Part shown: piece by piece, positions 6,574 through 14,650 of the stretch
Position numbering within the stretch: the stretch's first letter is position 1
Layout: every line of letters starts with the position of its first letter
From: Dehalococcoidia bacterium
GTDB lineage: Bacteria > Chloroflexota > Dehalococcoidia > Lucifugimonadales > JADFKI01
Length of the DNA stretch: 32,000 bases
Direction: 5' to 3'
Assembly: GCA_965221045.1 (NCBI GenBank)
Contig: OZ244863.1
Location: 774,765 to 806,764, forward strand
Notes under the pieces: model-generated
The model's input: only the letters and a program-made list of their open reading frames with translations
Databases searched by the model: none
What the model was told of the DNA's origin: nothing
Program-made: the position numbers and the translations under genes

Positions 6574-7602
6574 CTACAGATTGAACTGCGGCTCCATGTA
6601 GTTCTTTACCTTGTTGTAGATCTGGACACGCGAGCGTTGCGAATCTGCCACAATCAGACGGGAATTTTCGACATCGAAGGTTACGCCAGCGGGCATGGCG
6701 AAGCGCCACTCCGGTTCGAGCGTGTATACACGGCGGCGTGCCTTGATGACATCCGGGTTGGCGTCCACCTGCTGCTGGTGTCCTTTAGAGAGTTGCTGCG
6801 CGTCCCCGATGAAGCTGGCGATAAATCTGCCGTCGGAAGCGAAGACTTGCACGCGGTCATTGCCCCAGTCGCAGACATACACATCACCATCGGGGTCAAC
6901 CGCGACATCGCTGGGGCGGTTAAGTTGCCCCTTGCCCTTGCCGTAACTGCCAAAGGATGCGACGAACTCACCATTAGCATCGAACTTCTGCACGCGGTGA
7001 TTCTTGTGGTCGGCGACATACACGCTGCCTTCGTCATCGACGGCTACGCCCCACGGAGCGTTTAGCTCGCCAGGCCCGTCGCCAAAGCTCCCGAACTGCA
7101 AGATGTACCCGCCATCCTTCGTGAACTTCCGGACACGGTGGTTCAGGCTGTCCGCAACATATACATCGTCGTTGAGGTCAAAGGCAATGCCTGAAGTCCG
7201 GTTGAATTCACCGTCTCCTTGCGTACTCCAATTTCTCAGGAAGTGGCCCGAATTGGTGAATATGGAGATTCGATTCATCCATTCGTCAGCAATGTAGATG
7301 TTCTCATCGGAATCGATTGCGATGCCAACCGGCCAAATCAATTCGCCGTCGCCATCACCGTACTTGCTGAATGTGCCAAGGTACACTTCAGCGCCGGGCG
7401 TAGTCGGCATAATGAACGAACAGACTTCCGCGTAGAGTGCCGCCTTGTTCCAGGGCACATCGAGAACTTCTTCAAACTGACGGTTAAGCACGTAAACTTT
7501 GTCGCCTGCGGCGCAGGCAGAAGCGATGGGCTGAGGCATCTCCAAGCCTCCCACCGCATGGCTGAAATCAAAAACGCGACCTGCTGCTATGGTTGTAAGC
7601 AC
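6574..7602 (-). CDS. NHL-repeat six-bladed beta-propeller protein, no signal peptide
   Basis: 342 aa, GTG start with GGGGGA 5 nt upstream. Repeated blades are of the form P-x-G-(I/V)-A-(V/I/F)-D-x(3-5)-(I/V)-Y-V-(A/C)-D-x-x-N-(H/D)-R-V-Q-(K/V)-F. Confidence 0.85.
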   Translation of the reverse strand: MLTTIAAGRVFDFSHAVGGLEMPQPIASACAAGDKVYVLNRQFEEVLDVPWNKAALYAEVCSFIMPTTPGAEVYLGTFSKYGDGDGELIWPVGIAIDSDENIYIADEWMNRISIFTNSGHFLRNWSTQGDGEFNRTSGIAFDLNDDVYVADSLNHRVRKFTKDGGYILQFGSFGDGPGELNAPWGVAVDDEGSVYVADHKNHRVQKFDANGEFVASFGSYGKGKGQLNRPSDVAVDPDGDVYVCDWGNDRVQVFASDGRFIASFIGDAQQLSKGHQQQVDANPDVIKARRRVYTLEPEWRFAMPAGVTFDVENSRLIVADSQRSRVQIYNKVKNYMEPQFNL

Positions 7603-7648
7603 TTTCGTCCCCCTAGTAGTATCTATATGCCCAAGGGACCCACGCTTA

Positions 7649-7661
7649 CCGGTGTCACCGG
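7649..7661. promoter_or_regulatory. Perfect 13-bp palindrome CCGGTG-T-CACCGG upstream of NHL gene 6574..7602 (candidate operator)
   Basis: Seen directly in the sequence, 47-59 nt upstream of the GTG start. It is immediately followed by the direct repeat gcgatct (7661-7667 and 7670-7676). Confidence 0.3.
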
Positions 7662-7721
7662 CGATCTCAGCGATCTGTTTTGTCTATTCGTCTATGGTTC
7701 CTCCTTTCACAATGACCACGA

Positions 7722-7768
7722 CGACCATAGACCATAAGCGGTTTCGTTCCGCCACAGGTCTATGGTCG
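7722..7768 (-). other. Long perfect stem-loop between the two NHL paralogs
   Basis: cgaccatagacc (7722-7733) pairs with ggtctatggtcg (7757-7768) over 12 bp. The 23-nt loop contains an inner gcgg/ccgc stem. There is no U-tract after it on the minus strand. A third copy, gtctatggt, lies at 7690-7698. Confidence 0.55.
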
Positions 7769-7787
7769 CCTTCCTTGGTTTCGACGC

Positions 7788-8822
7788 TTATAGGTTGAAC
7801 TGCGCCTCCATGTAGCCGCGCACCTTGCTGTAGATCTGGATGCGTCCGCGCTGTGTGTCTGTGACCAGTAGGCGAGATTTCGCCCTGTCGAATGTAATGC
7901 CGGTGGGCATTGCGAAGCGCCACTCAGGCTCCAGGGTAGAGACGCGGCGGCGAGCCTTGATGACGTCAATGTTGGCGTCCACCTGCTCCTGGTGCCACTT
8001 TGCCAACTGCTGCGCGTCTCCGACTAGGCTTGCAATGAAGCTACCGTCAGGCGCGTAAACCTGCACTCGGTTGTTGCCCCAGTCGCAGACATACACATCG
8101 CCATCGGGGTCAACCGCGACAGCGCTGGGGCGGTTGAGCTGCCCTCTGCCCCTGCCGTAGCTGCCGAACGACATGACGAACTCGCCGCCCGTGTCGAACT
8201 TCTGCACTCGGTGGTTCTTGTGATCGGCGACATACACATTGCTATCGTCGTCGCAGGCGACGCCCCAAGGTGCGTTGAACTCACCGTCGCCATCACCGAA
8301 GCCGCCAAACTGCGCGATGAATTCCCCGTCTTTGGTGAACTTCTGCACTCGGTGATTCAGGCTGTCAACGACGACAACGACTCCGCCGGAGTCAAGCGCG
8401 ATGCCGGACGGCTTGTTTAGTTCGCCGTCTCCGCTGCCTCCTGATCCCCAAACCTTGAGCAGTTCGCCCTCTTTGTTGAAGATGGATACCCTGTTCATCC
8501 ACTCGTCGGTGACATACAAGTTCTCTTCCGAGTCGAGCGCGATTCCGCTGGGCCAGATAAGTTCGCCCTCAGAATCACCGTACTTACTGAAGCGCCCCAA
8601 GAACTCCTCGTCTCCGGCAGTGTCGGTCACGGTGAAGCGATTCACCTGCGCTGAAGTGCCGGTCTTGTTCCACGGCACGTCCAGAATCTGCTCGTACTGG
8701 CGGCTCAGCACATACACCATGTCGCCCTCTCCGGCGACGACGCCGATGGGCTGGGGCATATACAGCCCGCCCACCGCATGGCTGAAGTCGTAAGTACGTC
8801 CCTTTGATACTGTTGTCAGCAT
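7788..8822 (-). CDS. NHL-repeat six-bladed beta-propeller protein, paralog of 6574..7602
   Basis: 344 aa, ATG with GGAAAGAGGA upstream. It is collinear with the downstream paralog, including the N-terminus MLTT..G..YDFSHAVGG and the C-terminus IQIY.KV..YME.QFNL. Confidence 0.85.
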   Translation of the reverse strand: MLTTVSKGRTYDFSHAVGGLYMPQPIGVVAGEGDMVYVLSRQYEQILDVPWNKTGTSAQVNRFTVTDTAGDEEFLGRFSKYGDSEGELIWPSGIALDSEENLYVTDEWMNRVSIFNKEGELLKVWGSGGSGDGELNKPSGIALDSGGVVVVVDSLNHRVQKFTKDGEFIAQFGGFGDGDGEFNAPWGVACDDDSNVYVADHKNHRVQKFDTGGEFVMSFGSYGRGRGQLNRPSAVAVDPDGDVYVCDWGNNRVQVYAPDGSFIASLVGDAQQLAKWHQEQVDANIDVIKARRRVSTLEPEWRFAMPTGITFDRAKSRLLVTDTQRGRIQIYSKVRGYMEAQFNL

Positions 8823-8888
8823 ATTTTGTCCTCTTTCCTAGTATTGGACAGGCGTCGGCTTAAGACAGCCCTGCCTAATCCCATCTGG

Positions 8889-8908
8889 ATTCCTGCTTTC
8901 GCAGGAAT
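8889..8908 (-). terminator. 8-bp stem / 4-nt loop hairpin downstream of the DUF1501 gene (terminator-like, no clear T-tract)
   Basis: attcctgc-tttc-gcaggaat is a perfect inverted repeat, 21 nt after the stop at 8929. Confidence 0.35.
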
Positions 8909-8928
8909 GACGGAAATGCCAACACGTC

Positions 8929-10068
8929 CTAGTTTCCGTTGGCGATGAAGCCGAGCTTCTCGAAGTCTCCGCCCACGATGGACTTGGCATCCATCTTCAT
9001 CCAGTCCTCGACGAGCGTGGAATAGACGCTGCGGAAATCAACACCAGGCACCACGTCGCCCTGCTCGAGGTCTTCGGCTCGGAGCGATGGGTACTCTCCG
9101 TACTGACCGCCATTAACATTGTCTCCGATGACCATAACCGCGCCCGCCGCGCCGTGGTCCGTGCCGGAGCCGTTGTCGTGGGTGCGCCGTCCGAACTCGG
9201 AGAAGAGCAACATCACGACATTGTCGGATGCGTCGTGCGCTCGCAGGTCGTCGAAGAAGTCGTTGATGGCGGTAGAAAGGTCGTCCCACAGACCGGCTAG
9301 CATGTTGGGCTGGCCTGCGTGTGAATCGAAGCTGCCGTGGTCGCAGTAGAACACGCGCGACCCTAGCCCTGCCATATGCACCTGCGCAATGCCTTTGAGC
9401 TTCTTCGCCAGCGTCGTGTCAGCGTACTCGATGCCAGAGGAGTAGCGTTCCGGCGCGAGCTTCAGGATATCCGCACCCTGTAGCGCGTCCAGGCCGGTCT
9501 GGCCGAGAAACTCCATGACGGGACCTCTGCCAATTGCCTGACCGTAGAGCCGCGAGAACCTGTTGAGTATCTTCTGGCGCTGCTCTTCGGCGCTGATACC
9601 GGGCATCAGGCCGTAGTTGTTCAGGTCCTCGACGCATGCGACAGGCACCCCAGGAACGGCCATTGCGCGGAACATGCTGGGGCCGAAGCTGACGCCGGTG
9701 ACCACGTTCTCTTTGTGCGGGTCTATTTCGCGGATAACCTTGCCGAGCCACCCCTCGGTACCCACATCGTCCGGCTCGCAGGTATGCCAGATGTCCATGG
9801 AACGGAAGTGAGAGCGTATGGAGTTCTCATAGCCGACGGCGTGGACTATGGCGACATTGCCCTGTTTGTACATATCGCGTATCGGTCCCATCTGAGGGTG
9901 CAGGCCGACCTCATCGTTGAGGTGGAGCACCTGCTCCTGAGGGATGCCAACCGTAGGGCGGTTGTCGTAGTAGATCTCGTTGTTATACGGAATCACCGTA
10001 TTCAGGTAGTCGTTGCCGCCCGAAAGCTGCACAACCACCACGACCGGGTCTTTCTGCGCTGTGGTCAT
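8929..10068 (-). CDS. DUF1501 domain protein (sulfatase/alkaline-phosphatase-like superfamily), lacking the usual Tat signal
   Basis: 379 aa. VVVVVQLSGGNDYLNT sits at the extreme N-terminus. FDSHAGQ and GSGTDHGAAG are motifs typical of DUF1501. GGGAGAAAAG lies upstream of the ATG. Confidence 0.85.
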   Translation of the reverse strand: MTTAQKDPVVVVVQLSGGNDYLNTVIPYNNEIYYDNRPTVGIPQEQVLHLNDEVGLHPQMGPIRDMYKQGNVAIVHAVGYENSIRSHFRSMDIWHTCEPDDVGTEGWLGKVIREIDPHKENVVTGVSFGPSMFRAMAVPGVPVACVEDLNNYGLMPGISAEEQRQKILNRFSRLYGQAIGRGPVMEFLGQTGLDALQGADILKLAPERYSSGIEYADTTLAKKLKGIAQVHMAGLGSRVFYCDHGSFDSHAGQPNMLAGLWDDLSTAINDFFDDLRAHDASDNVVMLLFSEFGRRTHDNGSGTDHGAAGAVMVIGDNVNGGQYGEYPSLRAEDLEQGDVVPGVDFRSVYSTLVEDWMKMDAKSIVGGDFEKLGFIANGN

Positions 10069-10115
10069 CTCTTTTCTCCCTAGTCTGCCAAGTCTGTAGT
10101 CCGATATCTATATGC

Positions 10116-11522
10116 CTATGCGTACTGGTAGTCCCTGAGCGATACGATAAGCTGCAGCATCTCGCTGACCCGCATCGTGGAGAACTCCGTGTCCTTATCG
10201 GTGCCCCACTTCAGGTCGCCGTCTATGTCGGCGTGGTCGATGAGTTCCTGCCGTGTCGCGCCATCCAGGTCCAGAGGGCCCATCAGGTCGAGGCAGATAT
10301 CTACGAACTCGCCTGTCGAGATGTCGCCCGCTTCCTGAAGCCTGCTGACTATTGACTGCACGCCAGGAAGCGATGTGTCGCCCACGAGGTCGGCAACGAA
10401 GTTGATTCGCCGCATCAGGGAGCCGCTGTTGATCCACTCGCGACCGGTGTGCCAGCCTTCAACGCTGGGCGGATTCAGCACTTCCTGTCCCATGTAGCCC
10501 ATCTGCCTGCCAAGGTTGCCGATGCCGGGCGCAGGGAACTCATGCCCGCCAACGAAGCGGAGCGTGTTCACCACGACCTCTACCGGACTCTTGATGCGGG
10601 AGAAGCGGGCTTCCTTGAAGAAGTCGGAGTTGAACAGGACGCGGAGCACGGCGGTCATGTCGTATCCGGAATCGACGAATGCATCTGCGATCGTCTGTAT
10701 CGCTTCCGGGTCGCCGGGGGCTACGCGCTGCCATGCCGGAACCTGCGCCTCGTCCGCCACGAAGAAGTTGTAAAGGTGGCGCGCGATGAAGCGTGAGGTC
10801 GCGGGCTGCTTGCAGATGATGTCAATGATGTCTTCGCCGTTGAAGTTGCCGGTGTAGCCGAGGAAAGACTTTTCGTCCTCGTCGTGGTCGTCCTCGCGGA
10901 ACTCGAAATACCAGTCGAAGCGCCCCATCGGGAAGCGAGGCAGCTTCGGAGTAATCGTCCAGCCCGTGAAGGCGCGGGAGCACTCGAAGACGTCTTCTTC
11001 GGTGTAGTTGCCCACTCCCATGCTGAACAGTTCGAGAAGCTCGCGACCCCAGTTCTCATTGGGCGCGTCCGCGTGGTTCTCGTTATTGTCCAGCCAATAG
11101 ATCATTGCAGGATCCTGGGCAATCGCCATCAGAATATCCTTGTAGCTGCCCATGCCCTTCTCGCGGAGCATGTCAATCATGTCAAGGATTTCGTCCCAGT
11201 GGTCAACTTTGGAGACGCCGGTGGCGAAGATGCCGTGCCAGAAGACCGACATCTTTTCTTGCAGTGGAGCCTTTGTGTTGACCATGTGATACAGCCACGT
11301 GGCGTGGCCGGTGCCCTGAATGGTGCCGGGCTTCCATGACCACGGGTGATAGCGGAGAAGCTCGAGCCTGTCCACGGGTTCCTGCGCCTCGGGATTCAGC
11401 AGTTCTTCTACGGTCGCTTCGTAACCTTTCGCGACGTAAGATTCCAGCTGATCGCGAGTTGCCCCGAACCCCGCGCGCCGCATCAGGTGCGCCATCAAAG
11501 CAATATCATCTTTGTGGGCCAT
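10116..11522 (-). CDS. DUF1800 domain protein, no signal peptide
   Basis: 468 aa. It carries HLMRRAGFGAT, FWHGIFAT and NENWGRELLELFSMGVGNYTEEDVFECSRAFTGW, the signature blocks of DUF1800. It forms the canonical DUF1800-DUF1501 gene pair. Confidence 0.85.
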   Translation of the reverse strand: MAHKDDIALMAHLMRRAGFGATRDQLESYVAKGYEATVEELLNPEAQEPVDRLELLRYHPWSWKPGTIQGTGHATWLYHMVNTKAPLQEKMSVFWHGIFATGVSKVDHWDEILDMIDMLREKGMGSYKDILMAIAQDPAMIYWLDNNENHADAPNENWGRELLELFSMGVGNYTEEDVFECSRAFTGWTITPKLPRFPMGRFDWYFEFREDDHDEDEKSFLGYTGNFNGEDIIDIICKQPATSRFIARHLYNFFVADEAQVPAWQRVAPGDPEAIQTIADAFVDSGYDMTAVLRVLFNSDFFKEARFSRIKSPVEVVVNTLRFVGGHEFPAPGIGNLGRQMGYMGQEVLNPPSVEGWHTGREWINSGSLMRRINFVADLVGDTSLPGVQSIVSRLQEAGDISTGEFVDICLDLMGPLDLDGATRQELIDHADIDGDLKWGTDKDTEFSTMRVSEMLQLIVSLRDYQYA

Positions 11523-11693
11523 TATTCTACCTCCTCATCGAAGTGCGTTTTCGTTTTACTGGGCCGTTTACATCGTCAAGTTATACGCTATAGCCAGTCC
11601 ATGGGCAGTTAAGTTTTATACCTATTCTTGACTGTCAGTATATGAAGCAAGGTGCTTTGTGTCAAACCCCTTTTTCGCCCGTAAAGCCCATTC

Positions 11694-11722
11694 TGTACAT
11701 CATTTTCAGCCACCCGTATAAT
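11694..11722 (+). promoter_or_regulatory. Candidate sigma-70-like promoter for the SDR gene (-35 TGTACA, 17-nt spacer, -10 TATAAT)
   Basis: TGTACA at 11694-11699 and TATAAT at 11717-11722, about 43 nt upstream of ATG 11765. This is a pattern match only. Confidence 0.3.
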
Positions 11723-11764
11723 CCTCTCATCACACGGAACCATAAACTGGAGGTAGCGTGCAAT

Positions 11765-12517
11765 ATGGCAGAATCACAGCGCCGTTTGGAGGGCAAAGTC
11801 GCCGTAATTACGGGCGCGGGCAAGGGCATCGGTCGCGCTATAGCCATAGGATACGCGTCAGAGGGGGCATCTGTGTGCTGCGCGGCGCGCACGGCCTCCG
11901 ACCTGAAAGAAGTCGCAGCGGAAATCGCGAGTCGCGGCGGGAAGGCGATAGCCGTGCAGACTGATGTAACGAGCTTCGATGATGTGGAGCGAATGAACAG
12001 GGAGACGGCAGGGGCGTTCGGCGGCATCGACATTGTGGTCATAAACGCCGGGGGCAACCTTGAGCGCAGCAGGGTCGAGGCTGGCGACCCCGATCTATGG
12101 GCAGCGACCATCGACCTCAACCTCAAGGGCGCATACTACACGTCGAAGAGTGCCATCCCTTACCTTAAAGAGCGGGGCGGCGGCAAGATCATAACCATCG
12201 GATCGGGCATCGGGCACAACGGTCGTCCCAGTGCCTCCGCCTATGCATGCGCCAAAGCAGGCTCATGGATGCTGACGCGTATACTAGCACAAGAGTTGTG
12301 GGAGTATGGAATCAGCGTCAACGAACTCGTGCCCGGGCCTGTCCTGACGCCCGGTGCTATCGCCGCATGGGAGCAGGAAGAGAACAGCGTCAACACGATT
12401 GACAGCGAGTGGGTTAAGGAGGCAGAAGATGTCTTGCCGCTTGCGCTTTTCCTAGCCACCCAGCCCGACAAGGGCCCCACATCGCAGAGCTTCAGCCTGA
12501 TGCGGCGTGATACCTAG
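11765..12517 (+). CDS. SDR-family oxidoreductase (short-chain dehydrogenase/reductase)
   Basis: The start is taken at the internal ATG 11765 (MAESQRRLEGKVAVITGAGKGIGRAIA), with GGAGG about 10 nt upstream. The TGxxxGIG cofactor motif, NAG and the YxxxK catalytic motif (YACAKAG) are present. Confidence 0.9.
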   Translation: MAESQRRLEGKVAVITGAGKGIGRAIAIGYASEGASVCCAARTASDLKEVAAEIASRGGKAIAVQTDVTSFDDVERMNRETAGAFGGIDIVVINAGGNLERSRVEAGDPDLWAATIDLNLKGAYYTSKSAIPYLKERGGGKIITIGSGIGHNGRPSASAYACAKAGSWMLTRILAQELWEYGISVNELVPGPVLTPGAIAAWEQEENSVNTIDSEWVKEAEDVLPLALFLATQPDKGPTSQSFSLMRRDT

Positions 12518-12590
12518 TCGATTCGTAATTCGGGTATTGCGGGTATTGATTGACTAGCCATGTCTAAGCACTCATAATTATGACAACACG

Positions 12591-12616
12591 ATGGAAGTGT
12601 CGCAGTGCACTTCCAT
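12591..12616 (+). terminator. 9-bp stem-loop between the SDR and binding-protein genes (weak terminator or regulatory hairpin)
   Basis: atggaagtg (12591-12599) pairs with cacttccat (12608-12616), with an 8-nt loop, followed by TTCAAT. Confidence 0.3.
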
Positions 12617-12668
12617 TTCAATAAGACACGGTTTTCAACAAGAAGATACGATATAAGGAGTATCAAGT

Positions 12669-14513
12669 ATGTGGGATTTTCCCAAGAAGAAAGCATTATC
12701 CTGGCTATTACCCCTGGCATCAATAATGGCAATCGGGGCAATAGCATGCTCCAGCGCCGCGCCAGTACAGCAGCCGGCCGCACAGCAAGCGCCTGCACCT
12801 GCTCCTGTCGCGCCAGCAGCGCCAGCACAAGCGCCTGCTATGCCTGCCGCTCCCGCCGCGCCAGCCCCGGCTGCACCCGCGGCGCCCGCAATGGTACAAG
12901 CGCTGCCGACGCCTCAGGCGCCGCAGCTCGCGCCCGTGCCGCAGACGCAGACACAGCGCCCCGCGATGATGATGTCGGCTGACGAAGCGCAGTTCGGCGG
13001 TACCCTTCGCATAGTGGCGGCGGGCAGCATCCAGTCGTTCGACCCGCTTTGGACTACCGCATCGGGCACCGGAAACGTTTCCAACACCATTCTCGAAGGA
13101 CTTTTCGAGTACACGAGCGACTACGGAATCGCTCCCCTGCTGATCGAAAGCTGGGATAGCAGCGACGACAATCTGTCCTGGACATTCAAGTTGCGAGAGG
13201 GCATCAAGTTCCATGACGGCACTCCCCTGACGACCGAGCAGGTGCAGGGAACGCTGAACCGCCAGAAGGACCGAGCGCCAATACTGAGGCTCGTCCGCAA
13301 TGAGTTCGGAGCAGGCGACGGCGAATTTGAAGAGTTCCTGACGGTCGAAGACGACCTACACTTCAGCCTGAACCTTAAAGAAGGAACAGGACTTGTCATA
13401 GATGCCATAGGTCCGCAGGGCTTCGGGCCCCGCCTCGTAACTGCCGACTGGTACGACAACTACACTGCTAACCAATCGGCGGAAGGTCCTCCCAACGGGA
13501 CTGGGCCATTCATCTTCGAGGAATGGCTGCCCGGCGACCGCTGGAGCGCGACCAGGTACGAGGACTACAGCCCGCATCCAAGCCCCGCGAGCGGCACATC
13601 GGGCGGACATACCGCCTATGTTGACAGGATGATGTACATCGAGGTTCCTGACCAGACCACCCGCGTGGCGGCTCTTCAGACGCGCGAAGTCCACATAGTT
13701 CAGGAGTTCCCGGCGGAACTACTGTCGAGGCTTGAAGCAGACCCCGAAGTCGCTCTGTACGACAACCCGCCGTTCAGGCTGCTGGGGCACTTCAACCATG
13801 TGCGCCCGCCGTTCGACAATAAGCTGGCACGGCAAGCAATGATCAAGGCTTATGACAACCAGAAGGCGCTGACGCTCGCGACGGGCGACCCTGCATTCAC
13901 GCGACTGTGCCCTTCACTGTTGCAGTGCGGCACGAAGTGGGAAACTACTTCAGGTTCGGAAGGCAACTACTACGCGCAGAACCTCGAAGAGGCAAAGCAG
14001 CTTCTTGAAGAGGCAGGCGTAACCGGGGCGCATGTGCGCCTTATGGACCCGGCAGACAGACAGCCGGCACACGCCGCCGCACAGGTCAGCCGCGAAGTGC
14101 TTACGGCGCTCGGTTTCGATGTGGACTTCCAGGTCATGGACTGGGCGACGATGGTTGCGCAGCGCGCGCGCCCGGACGACTGGGAGTTCTTCCACACCTG
14201 GAGCGGCGTGACGGTCAGGTCAGGTCCTGTCGGACACCTTCTGTTCTCCGAGCTTCAGTACGACGCTTGGTTCAACAACTACCAGGACCTGCCCGGCAAG
14301 CAGCGAGAGATTTACTCCCGCCTGGCGCGAGCCACGACTGAAGAAGAGCAGATTGCGCTGAACAACGAGTTCCACGAGTACTTCTACGAGGACGCGATAT
14401 TCCTGCAAGTTGGCGAGTTCTTCAGCCGCTGGGCAGCCAGTACCAAGGTGCAGGGAATCGTCAATGGTGGATCGGCGCAGCAGAAGCCGTTCGACAAGTG
14501 GCTTACCAACTAA
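12669..14513 (+). CDS. ABC transporter substrate-binding lipoprotein, family 5 (peptide/nickel/opine type)
   Basis: 614 aa. A signal peptide ends in a lipobox-like AIAC. An Ala/Pro/Gln-rich linker of about 75 aa follows. The SBP_bac_5-like body (GGTLRIV, FDPLW, WTFKLREGIKFHDGTPLT) comes after it. Confidence 0.9.
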   Translation: MWDFPKKKALSWLLPLASIMAIGAIACSSAAPVQQPAAQQAPAPAPVAPAAPAQAPAMPAAPAAPAPAAPAAPAMVQALPTPQAPQLAPVPQTQTQRPAMMMSADEAQFGGTLRIVAAGSIQSFDPLWTTASGTGNVSNTILEGLFEYTSDYGIAPLLIESWDSSDDNLSWTFKLREGIKFHDGTPLTTEQVQGTLNRQKDRAPILRLVRNEFGAGDGEFEEFLTVEDDLHFSLNLKEGTGLVIDAIGPQGFGPRLVTADWYDNYTANQSAEGPPNGTGPFIFEEWLPGDRWSATRYEDYSPHPSPASGTSGGHTAYVDRMMYIEVPDQTTRVAALQTREVHIVQEFPAELLSRLEADPEVALYDNPPFRLLGHFNHVRPPFDNKLARQAMIKAYDNQKALTLATGDPAFTRLCPSLLQCGTKWETTSGSEGNYYAQNLEEAKQLLEEAGVTGAHVRLMDPADRQPAHAAAQVSREVLTALGFDVDFQVMDWATMVAQRARPDDWEFFHTWSGVTVRSGPVGHLLFSELQYDAWFNNYQDLPGKQREIYSRLARATTEEEQIALNNEFHEYFYEDAIFLQVGEFFSRWAASTKVQGIVNGGSAQQKPFDKWLTN

Positions 14514-14556
14514 CCGAAATCAATCAGATCAGCAATTAACGCGGCGGGGGCAGCTT

Positions 14557-14576
14557 AAAACCTGCCCTCGTTGCGT
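14557..14576 (+). other. Intercistronic GC hairpin after the binding-protein gene
   Basis: gggcag-cttaaaac-ctgccc lies 44 nt after the stop. There is no T-tract. This arrangement is typical of a partial terminator or mRNA stabiliser between SBP and permease genes. Confidence 0.3.
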
Positions 14577-14650
14577 ACACAGGGTTCTGAAGGCAGGCTT
14601 TCCTCTCTTGAACGGTCAGGACTACTCGACGAAGGAGCGTGACTAGGCGG

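Noticed and set aside
11642-11764. N-terminal extension of the SDR gene suggested by the track (start 11642)
   Set aside because: The extension (MKQGALCQTPFSPVKPILYIIFSHPYNPLI...) has no SDR homology. The internal ATG 11765 has a GGAGG and places the TGxxxGIG motif at the normal distance from the N-terminus.
12750-12970. Repetitive GC-rich DNA (gcgcc/gcacc periodicity) that could be mistaken for a tandem repeat array
   Set aside because: It is in frame within the binding-protein ORF and encodes an Ala/Pro/Gln linker. It has no constant repeat-spacer periodicity, so it is not CRISPR-like.
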